From Eubacteriales bacterium (GTDB lineage: Bacteria; Bacillota; Clostridia; Oscillospirales; CAG-382), in the NCBI GenBank assembly GCA_045544855.1, contig JAZPZV010000042.1, forward strand, positions 16,399 through 80,398: a stretch of 64,000 nucleotides of DNA, read 5' to 3'. Both the position numbers and the translations under genes were made by a program. The notes under the pieces are model-generated. The model saw only the letters and a list, made by a program, of their open reading frames with translations. It did no database searches and was not told the origin of the DNA. Below are positions 23,773-31,866 of the stretch, one piece after another. Within the stretch, counting starts at the first letter, position 1; each line of letters starts with the position of its first letter.

Positions 23773-26304
23773 ATGAAAACAGCATTTTCCACCCTCGCTT
23801 GCCCCGGCTTTGATTTTAAAGACATTACCACCATGGCCGCCGACCTGGGTTTTGACGGCATTGAGGTGCGTGGTCTGGGCATCGATCTCATCGACCGTCA
23901 TTCCAAGCCCTTTGCGGCGGAAAACATCCCCGCCACTGCGGCGAAGCTGCGTTCTTTGCGTTTGAAGATCTCCTGCTTCTCCTCCGGCGTGGTACTCAGC
24001 GACGGGACGAGAAGAGAGCAGAACCTGGAAGAGGCCAAGGAATACATCCGTGCCGCAAAGGCGCTGGGTACCAAATATATCCGCGTGCTGGGTGAAGCCA
24101 CCCCCGCTCCCGAAAGGGAGATCGACGACGAAGAAGTGTTCGCACAGCTTTCCGCCATTCTTCCCTTTGCCGAGGAGGCAGGAGTCACCGTGTTGGTGGA
24201 GACCAACGGTGCTTACTGCGACACTGCCCGCCTTGCTTCCGTATTAAACCGCTGTCACAGCGAGTCCGTGGGCGCTTTGTGGGACATTCACCATCCCTAC
24301 CGCCATCTGGGTGAATCCCCCGAGAAGACGGTACAAAATCTGGGCAGATACATCCGCTACGTCCACGTGAAGGATTCTGTGAAGGAAGAGGGCAAGGTCT
24401 CCTACCGTATGATGGGAGACGGCGATATGCCTCTGGACGACATTATGAACGCTCTGCGTTCCATCAATTTCGAGGGTTACCTCTCTTTGGAGTGGGTGAA
24501 GACCTGGATGCCCGAGCTGTTCGATGCGGGCATCGTGTTCCCTCAGTATATGCACTTCATGTCCCGCTATCTGGGCAAGACCCCCACGGGTCACGCTCTC
24601 CAGGTGGACAAGCGGGGTGCAGGTCAGTATCCCTGGCCCAAGGAGACCTTGATCGATCTCACCTTCCCCCAGCTTCTTGACCACATTTGTGATTGCTTCC
24701 CCGATCAGTACGCCTTCCGCTACACCACCCACGATTACACCCGCACCTATCCCCAGTTCCGCGAGGACGTGGACAGATTTGCCCGTGCTTTGATGGCCTT
24801 GGGAGTGCGCAAGGGCGACCACGTGGCGGTGTGGGCCACCAACGTGCCCGCATGGTATCTCACCTTCTGGGCGGCTACCAAGATCGGCGCTGTTTTGGTG
24901 ACGGTGAACACCGCTTACAAGATCTACGAGGCGGAGTATTTGCTCCGTCAGTCCGACACCCACACCTTGGTGATGGTGGACGGCTACAAGGGCACGGACT
25001 ACAAGGAGATCGTGAACAAGCTGGTTCCCGAGCTTGCCACCCACGAACCGGGCAAGCCCTTGTACAGCCAACGTCTCCCCTTCTTGCGCAACGTGATCAC
25101 CTGCGAGTCCTCCATGCCCGGTGCCCTCACCATGGAGCAGGCCATGGAGTACGCAGACAAGACTCCCGTGGAGGAGCTGTACCGCCGTGCCTCCCGCATT
25201 GACAAGCACGACGTTTGCAATATGCAGTACACCTCCGGCACCACCGGATTCCCCAAGGGCGTTATGCTCACCCACTACAACGTGATCAACAACGGCAAGG
25301 CCATCGGCGACTGTATGGATCTTTCCACCGCGGACCGCATGATGATCCAGGTGCCTATGTTCCATTGCTTCGGCATGGTATTGGCCATGACCGCCTCCGT
25401 GACCCACGGGGTGACCATGTCCCCCATTCCCGCCTTCTCTCCCAGAAGAGGCTTGGATTGCATCAACCGCGAAAAGATCACCTGCTTCCACGGCGTGCCC
25501 ACCATGTTCATCGCCATGCTGGGGCACGAGGATTTTGACAAAACCGACTTCTCCCATATGCGTACCGGCATCATGGCGGGCTCACCCTGCCCTGTGAAGG
25601 TGATGGAAGAGGTCATCAATAAGATGCACATGAGCGAGATCTGCATCACCTACGGGCAGACGGAGGCTTCTCCTGCCACCACCATGTCCAAGACCACGGA
25701 TTCCATTGAGACACGTGTGAACACGGTGGGAAGCGCCATCTTCGGTGTGGAGTGCAAGATCATCGATCCCGAAACGGGAGAAGAAGTACCCGACGGCGTG
25801 GACGGTGAGTTCTGCGCCCGTGGCTACAACATCATGAAGGGGTACTACAAGATGCCCCAGGCAACTGCCGCTGCCATTGACAGCGAGGGTTGGCTTCACT
25901 CCGGGGATCTGCTTCGCAAGCTGCCCGACGGCAACTTCAAGGTGACGGGGCGTATCAAAGATATGATCATCCGCGGGGGTGAGAATCTTTACCCCAAGGA
26001 GATCGAGGACTTTATCTACACCCATCCCAAGGTGAGCGACGTGCAGGTCATCGGCGTGCCCGACAAGCAGTACGGCGAGGAGGCCATGGCTTGCATCATC
26101 ATCAAGCCCGGCGAGACACTCACCGAGGAGGAGATCCGCACCTACTGCATGGAGAACATGGCCAAGCACAAGGTGCCGAAGTATTTTGATTTCGTGGATT
26201 CCTTCCCCATGAATGCGGCGGGAAAGATCTTGAAGTACAAGATGCGGGAGGCGGCTGTGGAGAAGCTTGGCTTACAGGCCGCCGCCAAGATCGAGACGGC
26301 TTAA
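23773..26304 (+). CDS. Fusion protein: xylose-isomerase-like TIM barrel (N-terminal, ~290 aa) + ANL-superfamily acyl/aryl-CoA (AMP-forming) ligase (C-terminal, ~550 aa)
   Basis: N-terminal blocks GFDGIEVRG, YIRVLGE, VLVETN, WDIHH, VHVKD and LSLEW. C-terminal blocks YTSGTTGFPKGVMLTH, GEFCARGYNIMKGYY, WLHSGD and GRIKDMIIRGGENLYPKEIE. One uninterrupted frame. Confidence 0.85.
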   Translation: MKTAFSTLACPGFDFKDITTMAADLGFDGIEVRGLGIDLIDRHSKPFAAENIPATAAKLRSLRLKISCFSSGVVLSDGTRREQNLEEAKEYIRAAKALGTKYIRVLGEATPAPEREIDDEEVFAQLSAILPFAEEAGVTVLVETNGAYCDTARLASVLNRCHSESVGALWDIHHPYRHLGESPEKTVQNLGRYIRYVHVKDSVKEEGKVSYRMMGDGDMPLDDIMNALRSINFEGYLSLEWVKTWMPELFDAGIVFPQYMHFMSRYLGKTPTGHALQVDKRGAGQYPWPKETLIDLTFPQLLDHICDCFPDQYAFRYTTHDYTRTYPQFREDVDRFARALMALGVRKGDHVAVWATNVPAWYLTFWAATKIGAVLVTVNTAYKIYEAEYLLRQSDTHTLVMVDGYKGTDYKEIVNKLVPELATHEPGKPLYSQRLPFLRNVITCESSMPGALTMEQAMEYADKTPVEELYRRASRIDKHDVCNMQYTSGTTGFPKGVMLTHYNVINNGKAIGDCMDLSTADRMMIQVPMFHCFGMVLAMTASVTHGVTMSPIPAFSPRRGLDCINREKITCFHGVPTMFIAMLGHEDFDKTDFSHMRTGIMAGSPCPVKVMEEVINKMHMSEICITYGQTEASPATTMSKTTDSIETRVNTVGSAIFGVECKIIDPETGEEVPDGVDGEFCARGYNIMKGYYKMPQATAAAIDSEGWLHSGDLLRKLPDGNFKVTGRIKDMIIRGGENLYPKEIEDFIYTHPKVSDVQVIGVPDKQYGEEAMACIIIKPGETLTEEEIRTYCMENMAKHKVPKYFDFVDSFPMNAAGKILKYKMREAAVEKLGLQAAAKIETA

Positions 26305-26323
26305 TAGGAAATACGCAATAAAA

Positions 26324-26354
26324 GGGGGACTTTTCGGAAAAAGTCCCCCTTTTT
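26324..26354 (+). terminator. Rho-independent terminator
   Basis: GGGGGACTTTT-CGG-AAAAGTCCCCC followed by TTTTT. Confidence 0.8.
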
Positions 26355-26357
26355 ATC

Positions 26358-26500
26358 CCCTCAAAACCCAATGCCGAAACGCAAATTGCGTTTCGGGAGT
26401 CATGAAGATATTCTTTTTTCTCCCGAAAACGACAGTTTTCGGCAATACGGTTTTCGGGGTTTTTAAGGGGTGCTTTTTCCCAAAAGCACCCCTTAAATCA
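26358..26500. repeat. Intergenic repeat family, copy 3 (two cores in inverted orientation)
   Basis: AATGCCGAAACGCAAATTGCGTTTCGG (26370-26396), CCGAAAACGACAGTTTTCGGCAAT (26423-26446), and the TTAAGGGGTGC..GCACCCCTTAA palindrome. Confidence 0.7.
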
Positions 26501-26513
26501 TTTATAAGCCCCT

Positions 26514-27866
26514 TCATACACGCTTTTTCTCCCAAACGCGCATCTTGTAGAAGGCGAAGGCCATAAGGCAGGCCACGGTCCAGCCAACCGCCCAGGCGGT
26601 GGGAATGGCGTAGATCCCCATACCGACGGCGGCAAGGAGATAGCACAGTGCCACGCGGATGATGAGGTCGGCAATGGTGCTGGCGGAGAAATACTTCATA
26701 GCGCCGTACCCGCGAAGAATGCCGTCGATGGCGATCTTCACGGCGATGACGGCGTAGAAGGGAGCAACGCACCGCAGGAAGGTGCTTCCCGCTTGCAAGG
26801 CCTCCTCGGTGATGGCGGGATCGTCGGTATTCAAGAACAGCTTTACGAAGAAGGGCGCAAAGATAAAGAAAGCGACGGCGATGGGCAGGATGAGGAGGTA
26901 CAGCATCTTCACCCCTGCGGAGAAGCCCTGTTTCACGCGGGGCTCCTGCTTGGCACCCAGGTTCTGGGCGGTGTAAGCGGCAATGGCGGCGGACACGGTG
27001 ACGAAGCAGGCCGTGGCGAAGCCGTTCACCTTCAAGGCGGTGGAGAAGCCCGCAATGGTCGCTTCCGAACCAAGACCGTCAATGACACGCTGAATGAAGA
27101 AATTCCCCACGGCGATGAAAGACTGCTGTAAAACCGTGGGAATAGAAAGAGAGACCAGCTCTTTTAAGATGGGGGTCTGTACCCAAGGGGCGTCGCGCCC
27201 CTCCAAACGGTTCACACGGCGCAACAGCACGGCGAACAGCAGGCAGGCGGAAAGCACCTGGGCAATGAGGGTCGCCCATGCCGCACCCTGCACGTCCCAG
27301 CCCAACACGGCTACGAACAGCAGATCCAAGGCAACGTTCCCAAAGGAAGAGCCTGCCAGAAAGTACAAGGGGGTGGCAGAATCTCCCAATGCGGTGCAGA
27401 TGCCCGTGGAGATGTTGTAAAGGAACACGAACAGCAGAGAGGCCGTGTAGATGTAAAGGTATTCCACCGCAGTTTCCATGGCGGCGGCGGGGGTATCGAT
27501 GAGAGTCAGCAAAGGTCTGCAGAAGACAAAGCCCAGCAGGGTGAGGACCACTGCGATGAGGGAAGCTCCCAGCCAAGCGGTTCGCATGGCGGTGTGAAGA
27601 TCTCTGTACTGCTTGCCGCCGAAAAAGCGGGCGATGAGCACGGAGCAGCCCGTGTTAAAGCCCACCGCTACGGCGGTGTAGATGGCTGTCACGGAAGAAG
27701 CCGCCGCTACGGCGGCAACCGCCGTTTCGGGAGTGGCGGTAAAGTTCCCCACCACGAAAAGATCCACCAAAACGTACAGCTGTTGCAGCAGCACGCTGAC
27801 GATCATGGGCAAAGAGAAGCGCAACAGAACGGCTGAAGGCTTCCCTTTCGTAAGGTCAACGGTCAT
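26514..27866 (-). CDS. MATE-family efflux transporter
   Basis: 450 aa with about 12 hydrophobic helices and a typical MATE N-terminus (GKPSAVLLRFSLPMIVSVLLQQLY). The start overlaps the LysR stop (ATGA). Confidence 0.85.
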   Translation of the reverse strand: MTVDLTKGKPSAVLLRFSLPMIVSVLLQQLYVLVDLFVVGNFTATPETAVAAVAAASSVTAIYTAVAVGFNTGCSVLIARFFGGKQYRDLHTAMRTAWLGASLIAVVLTLLGFVFCRPLLTLIDTPAAAMETAVEYLYIYTASLLFVFLYNISTGICTALGDSATPLYFLAGSSFGNVALDLLFVAVLGWDVQGAAWATLIAQVLSACLLFAVLLRRVNRLEGRDAPWVQTPILKELVSLSIPTVLQQSFIAVGNFFIQRVIDGLGSEATIAGFSTALKVNGFATACFVTVSAAIAAYTAQNLGAKQEPRVKQGFSAGVKMLYLLILPIAVAFFIFAPFFVKLFLNTDDPAITEEALQAGSTFLRCVAPFYAVIAVKIAIDGILRGYGAMKYFSASTIADLIIRVALCYLLAAVGMGIYAIPTAWAVGWTVACLMAFAFYKMRVWEKKRV

Positions 27867-28765
27867 TTCAGCACGCTTTCTCTTTGGTTGGGATCGAAGG
27901 ACATGATCCTCTTTGCGATGGGGTTGGTGTTATCGGAAAGCATCATCAGGTTATACTGCACGATCTTGTTGCCGGGGATGGGGAATTTTACAAACTCCTC
28001 CCCTGCGATCTCGGGCATAAAGCCGGGAACGATGGCAACGCCGTGACGGGAACGGACCATCAAAAGCTGAGCGCCAATGCTGTTGGTCTGGGAGATCTTT
28101 TCCGGCACGAAGCCGAAGGCATCCCACAGAAGGCGGCGCAGCATCTCCATGGAGGAGGGGCCGGAGTTCTCGCAGTTGGTAATGAGGTATTCCCCTTTCA
28201 ACAGCTCCACGGGAGAGCCGCCTGCGTACTTCTTGGCCAGATCGCAGTGAGCCACCAGATAGTTGGGGGATTCAAACAGAGTGCGGGAGCAGTACTCCTC
28301 CTTGAGCAGCGCCTGCTCGCAGATGCTGTCCGCCACGATCACGTCCAGCTCCCCTGTTTTCAGCTTGGCGGTAAGCTCCCCGTAGGGATACTGGAAGAAA
28401 TCCACCTTCACCGCAGGGAACTGCTTTAAGAAGGCACCGAAAAACTCCTCGGTATTGCAATACTCGTACACCCCGAAGCCAACCTTCACGTAGCCGCTGT
28501 ATTCCGCATCGATGGCGCGGACACGCTTTTCCGTATCCTCGTAATACTTCCGCAAAAACTTCACACGCTCGTAGTAGAACGCCCCCGCCTCGGTGAGAGA
28601 AACAGAGTGGGAGCTGCGCTTGAACAGACGGATGCCCAGCTTCTCCTCCAATGCGGCAATGTACTGGCTGATGGCGGTCTGGGAAACGGAATGCTTCGCC
28701 GCCGCCTGGGTAAAATTCAAACACTCGGCAAGAGTGAGAAAATAATCGATTTTCTTGTTGATCAT
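27863..28765 (-). CDS. LysR-family transcriptional regulator
   Basis: N-terminal wHTH YFLTLAECLNFTQAAAKHSVSQTAISQYIAALEEKLG. 300 aa. Confidence 0.9.
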   Translation of the reverse strand: MINKKIDYFLTLAECLNFTQAAAKHSVSQTAISQYIAALEEKLGIRLFKRSSHSVSLTEAGAFYYERVKFLRKYYEDTEKRVRAIDAEYSGYVKVGFGVYEYCNTEEFFGAFLKQFPAVKVDFFQYPYGELTAKLKTGELDVIVADSICEQALLKEEYCSRTLFESPNYLVAHCDLAKKYAGGSPVELLKGEYLITNCENSGPSSMEMLRRLLWDAFGFVPEKISQTNSIGAQLLMVRSRHGVAIVPGFMPEIAGEEFVKFPIPGNKIVQYNLMMLSDNTNPIAKRIMSFDPNQRESVLK

Positions 28766-28808
28766 AAGTAAAGCCTCGCTATTATGATGTCATCATCACG
28801 TTTACCTT

Positions 28809-28837
28809 ATCATAGCACATCCTTCACCAAAAGTCAA
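28809..28837 (-). promoter_or_regulatory. Promoter candidate for lysR-MATE
   Basis: The minus strand reads TTGACT-17 nt-TATGAT with an extended -10 TG. Confidence 0.55.
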
Positions 28838-28847
28838 CACAAAAAAG

Positions 28848-29061
28848 GACCGTTTTGGGCGACCTGCTGTAAAGCAGGTCGCCCAACGAAATTTGCCCAT
28901 TGGGGCAAGTGAAATCGCTTCGCGGTGAAATATTTGCTTCGCAAATGTGAAATGTTCGCTTCGCGAACACGGGCAAATTTCATTTCACATCGAACGAAGT
29001 GAGATATTTCACAATGTGCGTTAGCACATTATTTCACGTTTTGCCCGGCAAAACATTTCAC
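28848..29061. repeat. 12-bp-stem hairpin followed by an array of mini-hairpins punctuated by GTGAAAT (x3) and then ATTTCAC (x4)
   Basis: GGGCGACCTGCT-GTAA-AGCAGGTCGCCC. GTGAAAT at 28909, 28925 and 28947. ATTTCAC at 28982, 29006, 29031 and 29055. Small palindromes lie between them (ATTTGC-TTC-GCAAAT, GTTCGC-TTC-GCGAAC, AATGTGC-GTTA-GCACATT, GTTTTGCC-CG-GGCAAAAC). Confidence 0.7.
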
Positions 29062-29130
29062 TTATATTTACCGCCTGACAATACGCTTTTATAAGTGTAA
29101 CACACTATACCTTGCAGGGCAAGACGTGTG

Positions 29131-29167
29131 AAAAGGAGTACGAACAAAATGCTCGTACTCCTTTTTT
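29131..29167. terminator. Bidirectional terminator-like hairpin downstream of 29235-29984
   Basis: AAAA-GGAGTACG..CGTACTCC-TTTTTT. Confidence 0.5.
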
Positions 29168-29234
29168 CTTTTTCGGGAGGTAAAACCTGCTCTATGGAAG
29201 GCACCCCTTCGCAGTCCTTTTATTGTTCTCGTGA

Positions 29235-29984
29235 TTACTTCGCGGTGAATTCGGAAACGAATGCCCAACCGGGAGTCTGCATAACCACCTTCACGTAACG
29301 ACCGGTAACGTCGCACTCGATGGTTGCGGGAGCGTTTGCAACGGTCTCATCGGTGGTGGGAACCACGGAGCCTACGGAATACCAGTTCTCGCCGTCCTCG
29401 GAAACCAGGAACTCAACATTGGTGGGAGCGGCGATACCACTGCCAAGGAACACGCTGCCGGTGTAAAGGGTCAGTTCGGAGAGCTGGTAGCTCTGCTCCA
29501 GGTCAACAATGAACCAACCGCCGTTGTTCTCAGCGTAGTCAGGGCAGTTCAGGTGGAAGCCCATCCAAGCGGCGTCGGAGTATGCGGCGTCGTCAGCGGC
29601 GATCACACCATCGGTAAGATCGTTTGCATCATCGGGGTAAGCGATGTTCGCATTTTCATCCCAACCGTAATTTGCCTCCTTACCGCCCTGGCGGTACAGG
29701 AGAGAACGGGTGTAGGTCTTGCCCTCAGCAACGTTAGCGCCCTCGGTGGGGATAGCGTCGGGGTTCTTTTCGAACTCGGGCTCAGCGGGCTCTTCGGAGG
29801 ATTCAGCCTCGGGCTCGGAGGACTCGGGTTCAGCCTCGGAAGAGGTAGCGGGAGCTTCGGAAGAAGTAGCGGGCGCTTCGGAGGAAGCTTCGGGAGCGGA
29901 GGAGGTCTCTTCCTCACCGCAGGAAGCCAGCAGGCAGCAGGTAGCTACCAGCAGAAGGGCCAGCAAAAGGGAAATCTTTTTCAT
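29235..29984 (-). CDS. Small lipoprotein: acidic S/E/P linker + single discoidin-like domain (paralog 1 of 3)
   Basis: MKKISLLLALLLVATCCLLASCGEEETSS lipobox, then KNPDAIPTEGANVAEGKTYT, LTDGV, and RYVKVV..VSEFTAK. Confidence 0.8.
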   Translation of the reverse strand: MKKISLLLALLLVATCCLLASCGEEETSSAPEASSEAPATSSEAPATSSEAEPESSEPEAESSEEPAEPEFEKNPDAIPTEGANVAEGKTYTRSLLYRQGGKEANYGWDENANIAYPDDANDLTDGVIAADDAAYSDAAWMGFHLNCPDYAENNGGWFIVDLEQSYQLSELTLYTGSVFLGSGIAAPTNVEFLVSEDGENWYSVGSVVPTTDETVANAPATIECDVTGRYVKVVMQTPGWAFVSEFTAK

Positions 29985-30026
29985 GATCATCTTTCCTTTT
30001 CTTTTGTTTTTTGTTTTGTTTAACCC

Positions 30027-30055
30027 ATTTTATCACACTTTTGCGCCTTTTTCAA
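30027..30055 (-). promoter_or_regulatory. Promoter candidate for paralog 1
   Basis: The minus strand reads TTGAAA-17 nt-TAAAAT. Confidence 0.5.
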
Positions 30056-30065
30056 GAGGTTCTTG

Positions 30066-30098
30066 CAAAAAAACAAGAGACCTCGAAAGATCTCTTGT
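30066..30098 (-). terminator. Terminator of paralog 2
   Basis: The minus strand reads ACAAGAGA..TCTCTTGT followed by T7. Confidence 0.7.
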
Positions 30099-30112
30099 TC
30101 TCGGCACAAAAA

Positions 30113-30859
30113 TTACTTAATTTCGATCTCGCCCATGAAGCACCAACCGTAGGAGATCACGCGGATCTCAACGTAACGGCCGGTCACGTCCATCTCGGAA
30201 ACCAGAGTGTGGGTAACGTTGTCTTCCAGCTCGTCAACCTTGGTGGTGAGCACGGAAGCGGAATACCAGGTCTCGCCATCCTCGGAAACCAGAACCTCTA
30301 CGGTGTGGGGAGCGTTGATACCGCTGGCACCGTCTCTCAGAGAAACGATAGTAACTTCGCTGATCTCATAGCTCTGGCCCAGGTCGAACTGAACGTAGCC
30401 GTAGCCGCGCTCGGCCTGAATGGGAGTCAGCTGGTTGAGTGCCATCCAGCACGCAGCGCTGTACTTATCTTCGTTGGTGGGGATCACACCGTCGGTGAGC
30501 TCAAAGTTATCGTCGGGGTAGGATACGGGATAGCTCTCGTCGTAGCCCCAGGTCTCGGTGCTCATGTGGAACTGCTCGGAGATGGTGTACTCCTTGCCTG
30601 CGGCAACGTTAGCGCCTTCGGTGGGAATAGCGTCGGGGTTCTTTTCGTACTCGGGCTCAGCGGGCTCTTCGGAGGACTCAGCCTCGGGCTCGGAGGACTC
30701 GGGTTCAGCCTCGGAGGAGGCAGCGGGAGCTTCGGAAGAAGCAGCGGGTGCCTGGGAGGAAGCTTCGGGAGCGGAAGAGGTCTCTTCTTCGCCGCAGGAA
30801 GCCAGCATGCAGCAGGTAGCTACCATCAGCAGGGCCAGCAGAAATGCGATCTTTTTCAT
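30113..30859 (-). CDS. Small lipoprotein: acidic linker + discoidin-like domain (paralog 2 of 3)
   Basis: MKKIAFLLALLMVATCCMLASCGEEETSS. The first ~95 aa are nearly identical to paralog 3. Ends RYVEIRV..FMGEIEIK. Confidence 0.8.
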   Translation of the reverse strand: MKKIAFLLALLMVATCCMLASCGEEETSSAPEASSQAPAASSEAPAASSEAEPESSEPEAESSEEPAEPEYEKNPDAIPTEGANVAAGKEYTISEQFHMSTETWGYDESYPVSYPDDNFELTDGVIPTNEDKYSAACWMALNQLTPIQAERGYGYVQFDLGQSYEISEVTIVSLRDGASGINAPHTVEVLVSEDGETWYSASVLTTKVDELEDNVTHTLVSEMDVTGRYVEIRVISYGWCFMGEIEIK

Positions 30860-30899
30860 GTTTGTTTTTCCTTTTCTTGTTTTTATTTTTGTTTAGCCT

Positions 30900-30928
30900 A
30901 TTCTATCACACTTTTTTTCTTTTTGCAA
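30900..30928 (-). promoter_or_regulatory. Promoter candidate for paralog 2
   Basis: The minus strand reads TTGCAA-17 nt-TAGAAT. Confidence 0.5.
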
Positions 30929-30940
30929 GGGTTTCTTGAC

Positions 30941-30970
30941 AAAAAACAAGAGACCGATGAAGGTCTCTTG
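30941..30970 (-). terminator. Terminator of paralog 3
   Basis: The minus strand reads CAAGAGACC..GGTCTCTTG followed by T6. Confidence 0.7.
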
Positions 30971-30999
30971 TCCTTTGTGTGTTTTTTTGGAATCGGAAA

Positions 31000-31758
31000 T
31001 TACTTAATTTCGATCTCGCCCATGAAGCCCCAGGTGTGGGAGGTCACGCGGATCTCAACGTAACGGCCGGTAACGTCCATCTCTGCAACCAGAGCGTGAA
31101 CGGCGTTGTCCTCCAGACCTTCCAGCTCGTTCATCAGGGACAGAGTAGCAGCGGAGTACCAGGTCTCGTTATCCTCGGAAACCAGGATCTCAATGGTGTG
31201 AGGGCAGGTGATACCGGGGCCGGTTTCTTTCAGGGAGTGAATGGTCACTTCGCTGATCTCATAACTCTGGCCCAGGTCGAACTGAACGTATGCATAGCCG
31301 CGCTCGGTCTGAGCGGGAGTGCCCTGGTTGAATGCCATCCAGCCTGCTTCTCTGTAATCATTCAAGGGGATCTGACCATCGGTCAGCTCAAAGCCCTCAT
31401 CGGGGTAAGAAGGAGCGGCATTCTCGTCCCAGCCCCAGCCTACGTCAGCACCGCCCATGCGGAACTGCTCGGAGATGGTGTACTCCTTGCCTGCGGCAAC
31501 GTTAGCGCCTTCGGTGGGAATAGCATCGGGGTTCTTCTCGTACTCGGGCTCGGTGGAAACTTCTTCCTCGGAAGACTCGGGAGCTTCCTCAGAGGATTCA
31601 GCCTCGGGCTCGGAGGAGGCAGCGGGAGCTTCGGAGGAAGTAGCGGGAGCTTCGGAAGATACTTCGGGAGCGGAAGAGGTCTCTTCCTCGCCGCAGGAAG
31701 CCAGCATGCAGCAGGTAGCTACCATCAGCAGGGCCAGCAGAAATGCGATCTTTTTCAT
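31000..31758 (-). CDS. Small lipoprotein: acidic linker + discoidin-like domain (paralog 3 of 3)
   Basis: Start taken at MKKIAFLL (ATG 31758). Same leader and linker as paralog 2. Ends RYVEIRV..FMGEIEIK. Confidence 0.8.
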   Translation of the reverse strand: MKKIAFLLALLMVATCCMLASCGEEETSSAPEVSSEAPATSSEAPAASSEPEAESSEEAPESSEEEVSTEPEYEKNPDAIPTEGANVAAGKEYTISEQFRMGGADVGWGWDENAAPSYPDEGFELTDGQIPLNDYREAGWMAFNQGTPAQTERGYAYVQFDLGQSYEISEVTIHSLKETGPGITCPHTIEILVSEDNETWYSAATLSLMNELEGLEDNAVHALVAEMDVTGRYVEIRVTSHTWGFMGEIEIK

Positions 31759-31809
31759 GTTTTCTTTCCTTTTCTTGTTTTTATTTTCGTGCATTTATAC
31801 ACAAGCGGT

Positions 31810-31838
31810 ATTATACCACACCGGATGCGGAAAAGCAA
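31810..31838 (-). promoter_or_regulatory. Promoter candidate for paralog 3
   Basis: The minus strand reads TTGCTT-17 nt-TATAAT with an extended -10 TG. Confidence 0.55.
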
Positions 31839-31866
31839 GCCTTTTTTATAATTTTACAGTTTGGTC

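Noticed and set aside
23591-23776. 61-aa ORF in the leader upstream of the fusion gene (possible leader peptide)
   Set aside because: It has no RBS and starts inside the predicted T-box downstream hairpins. The region is better explained as a structured 5' UTR.
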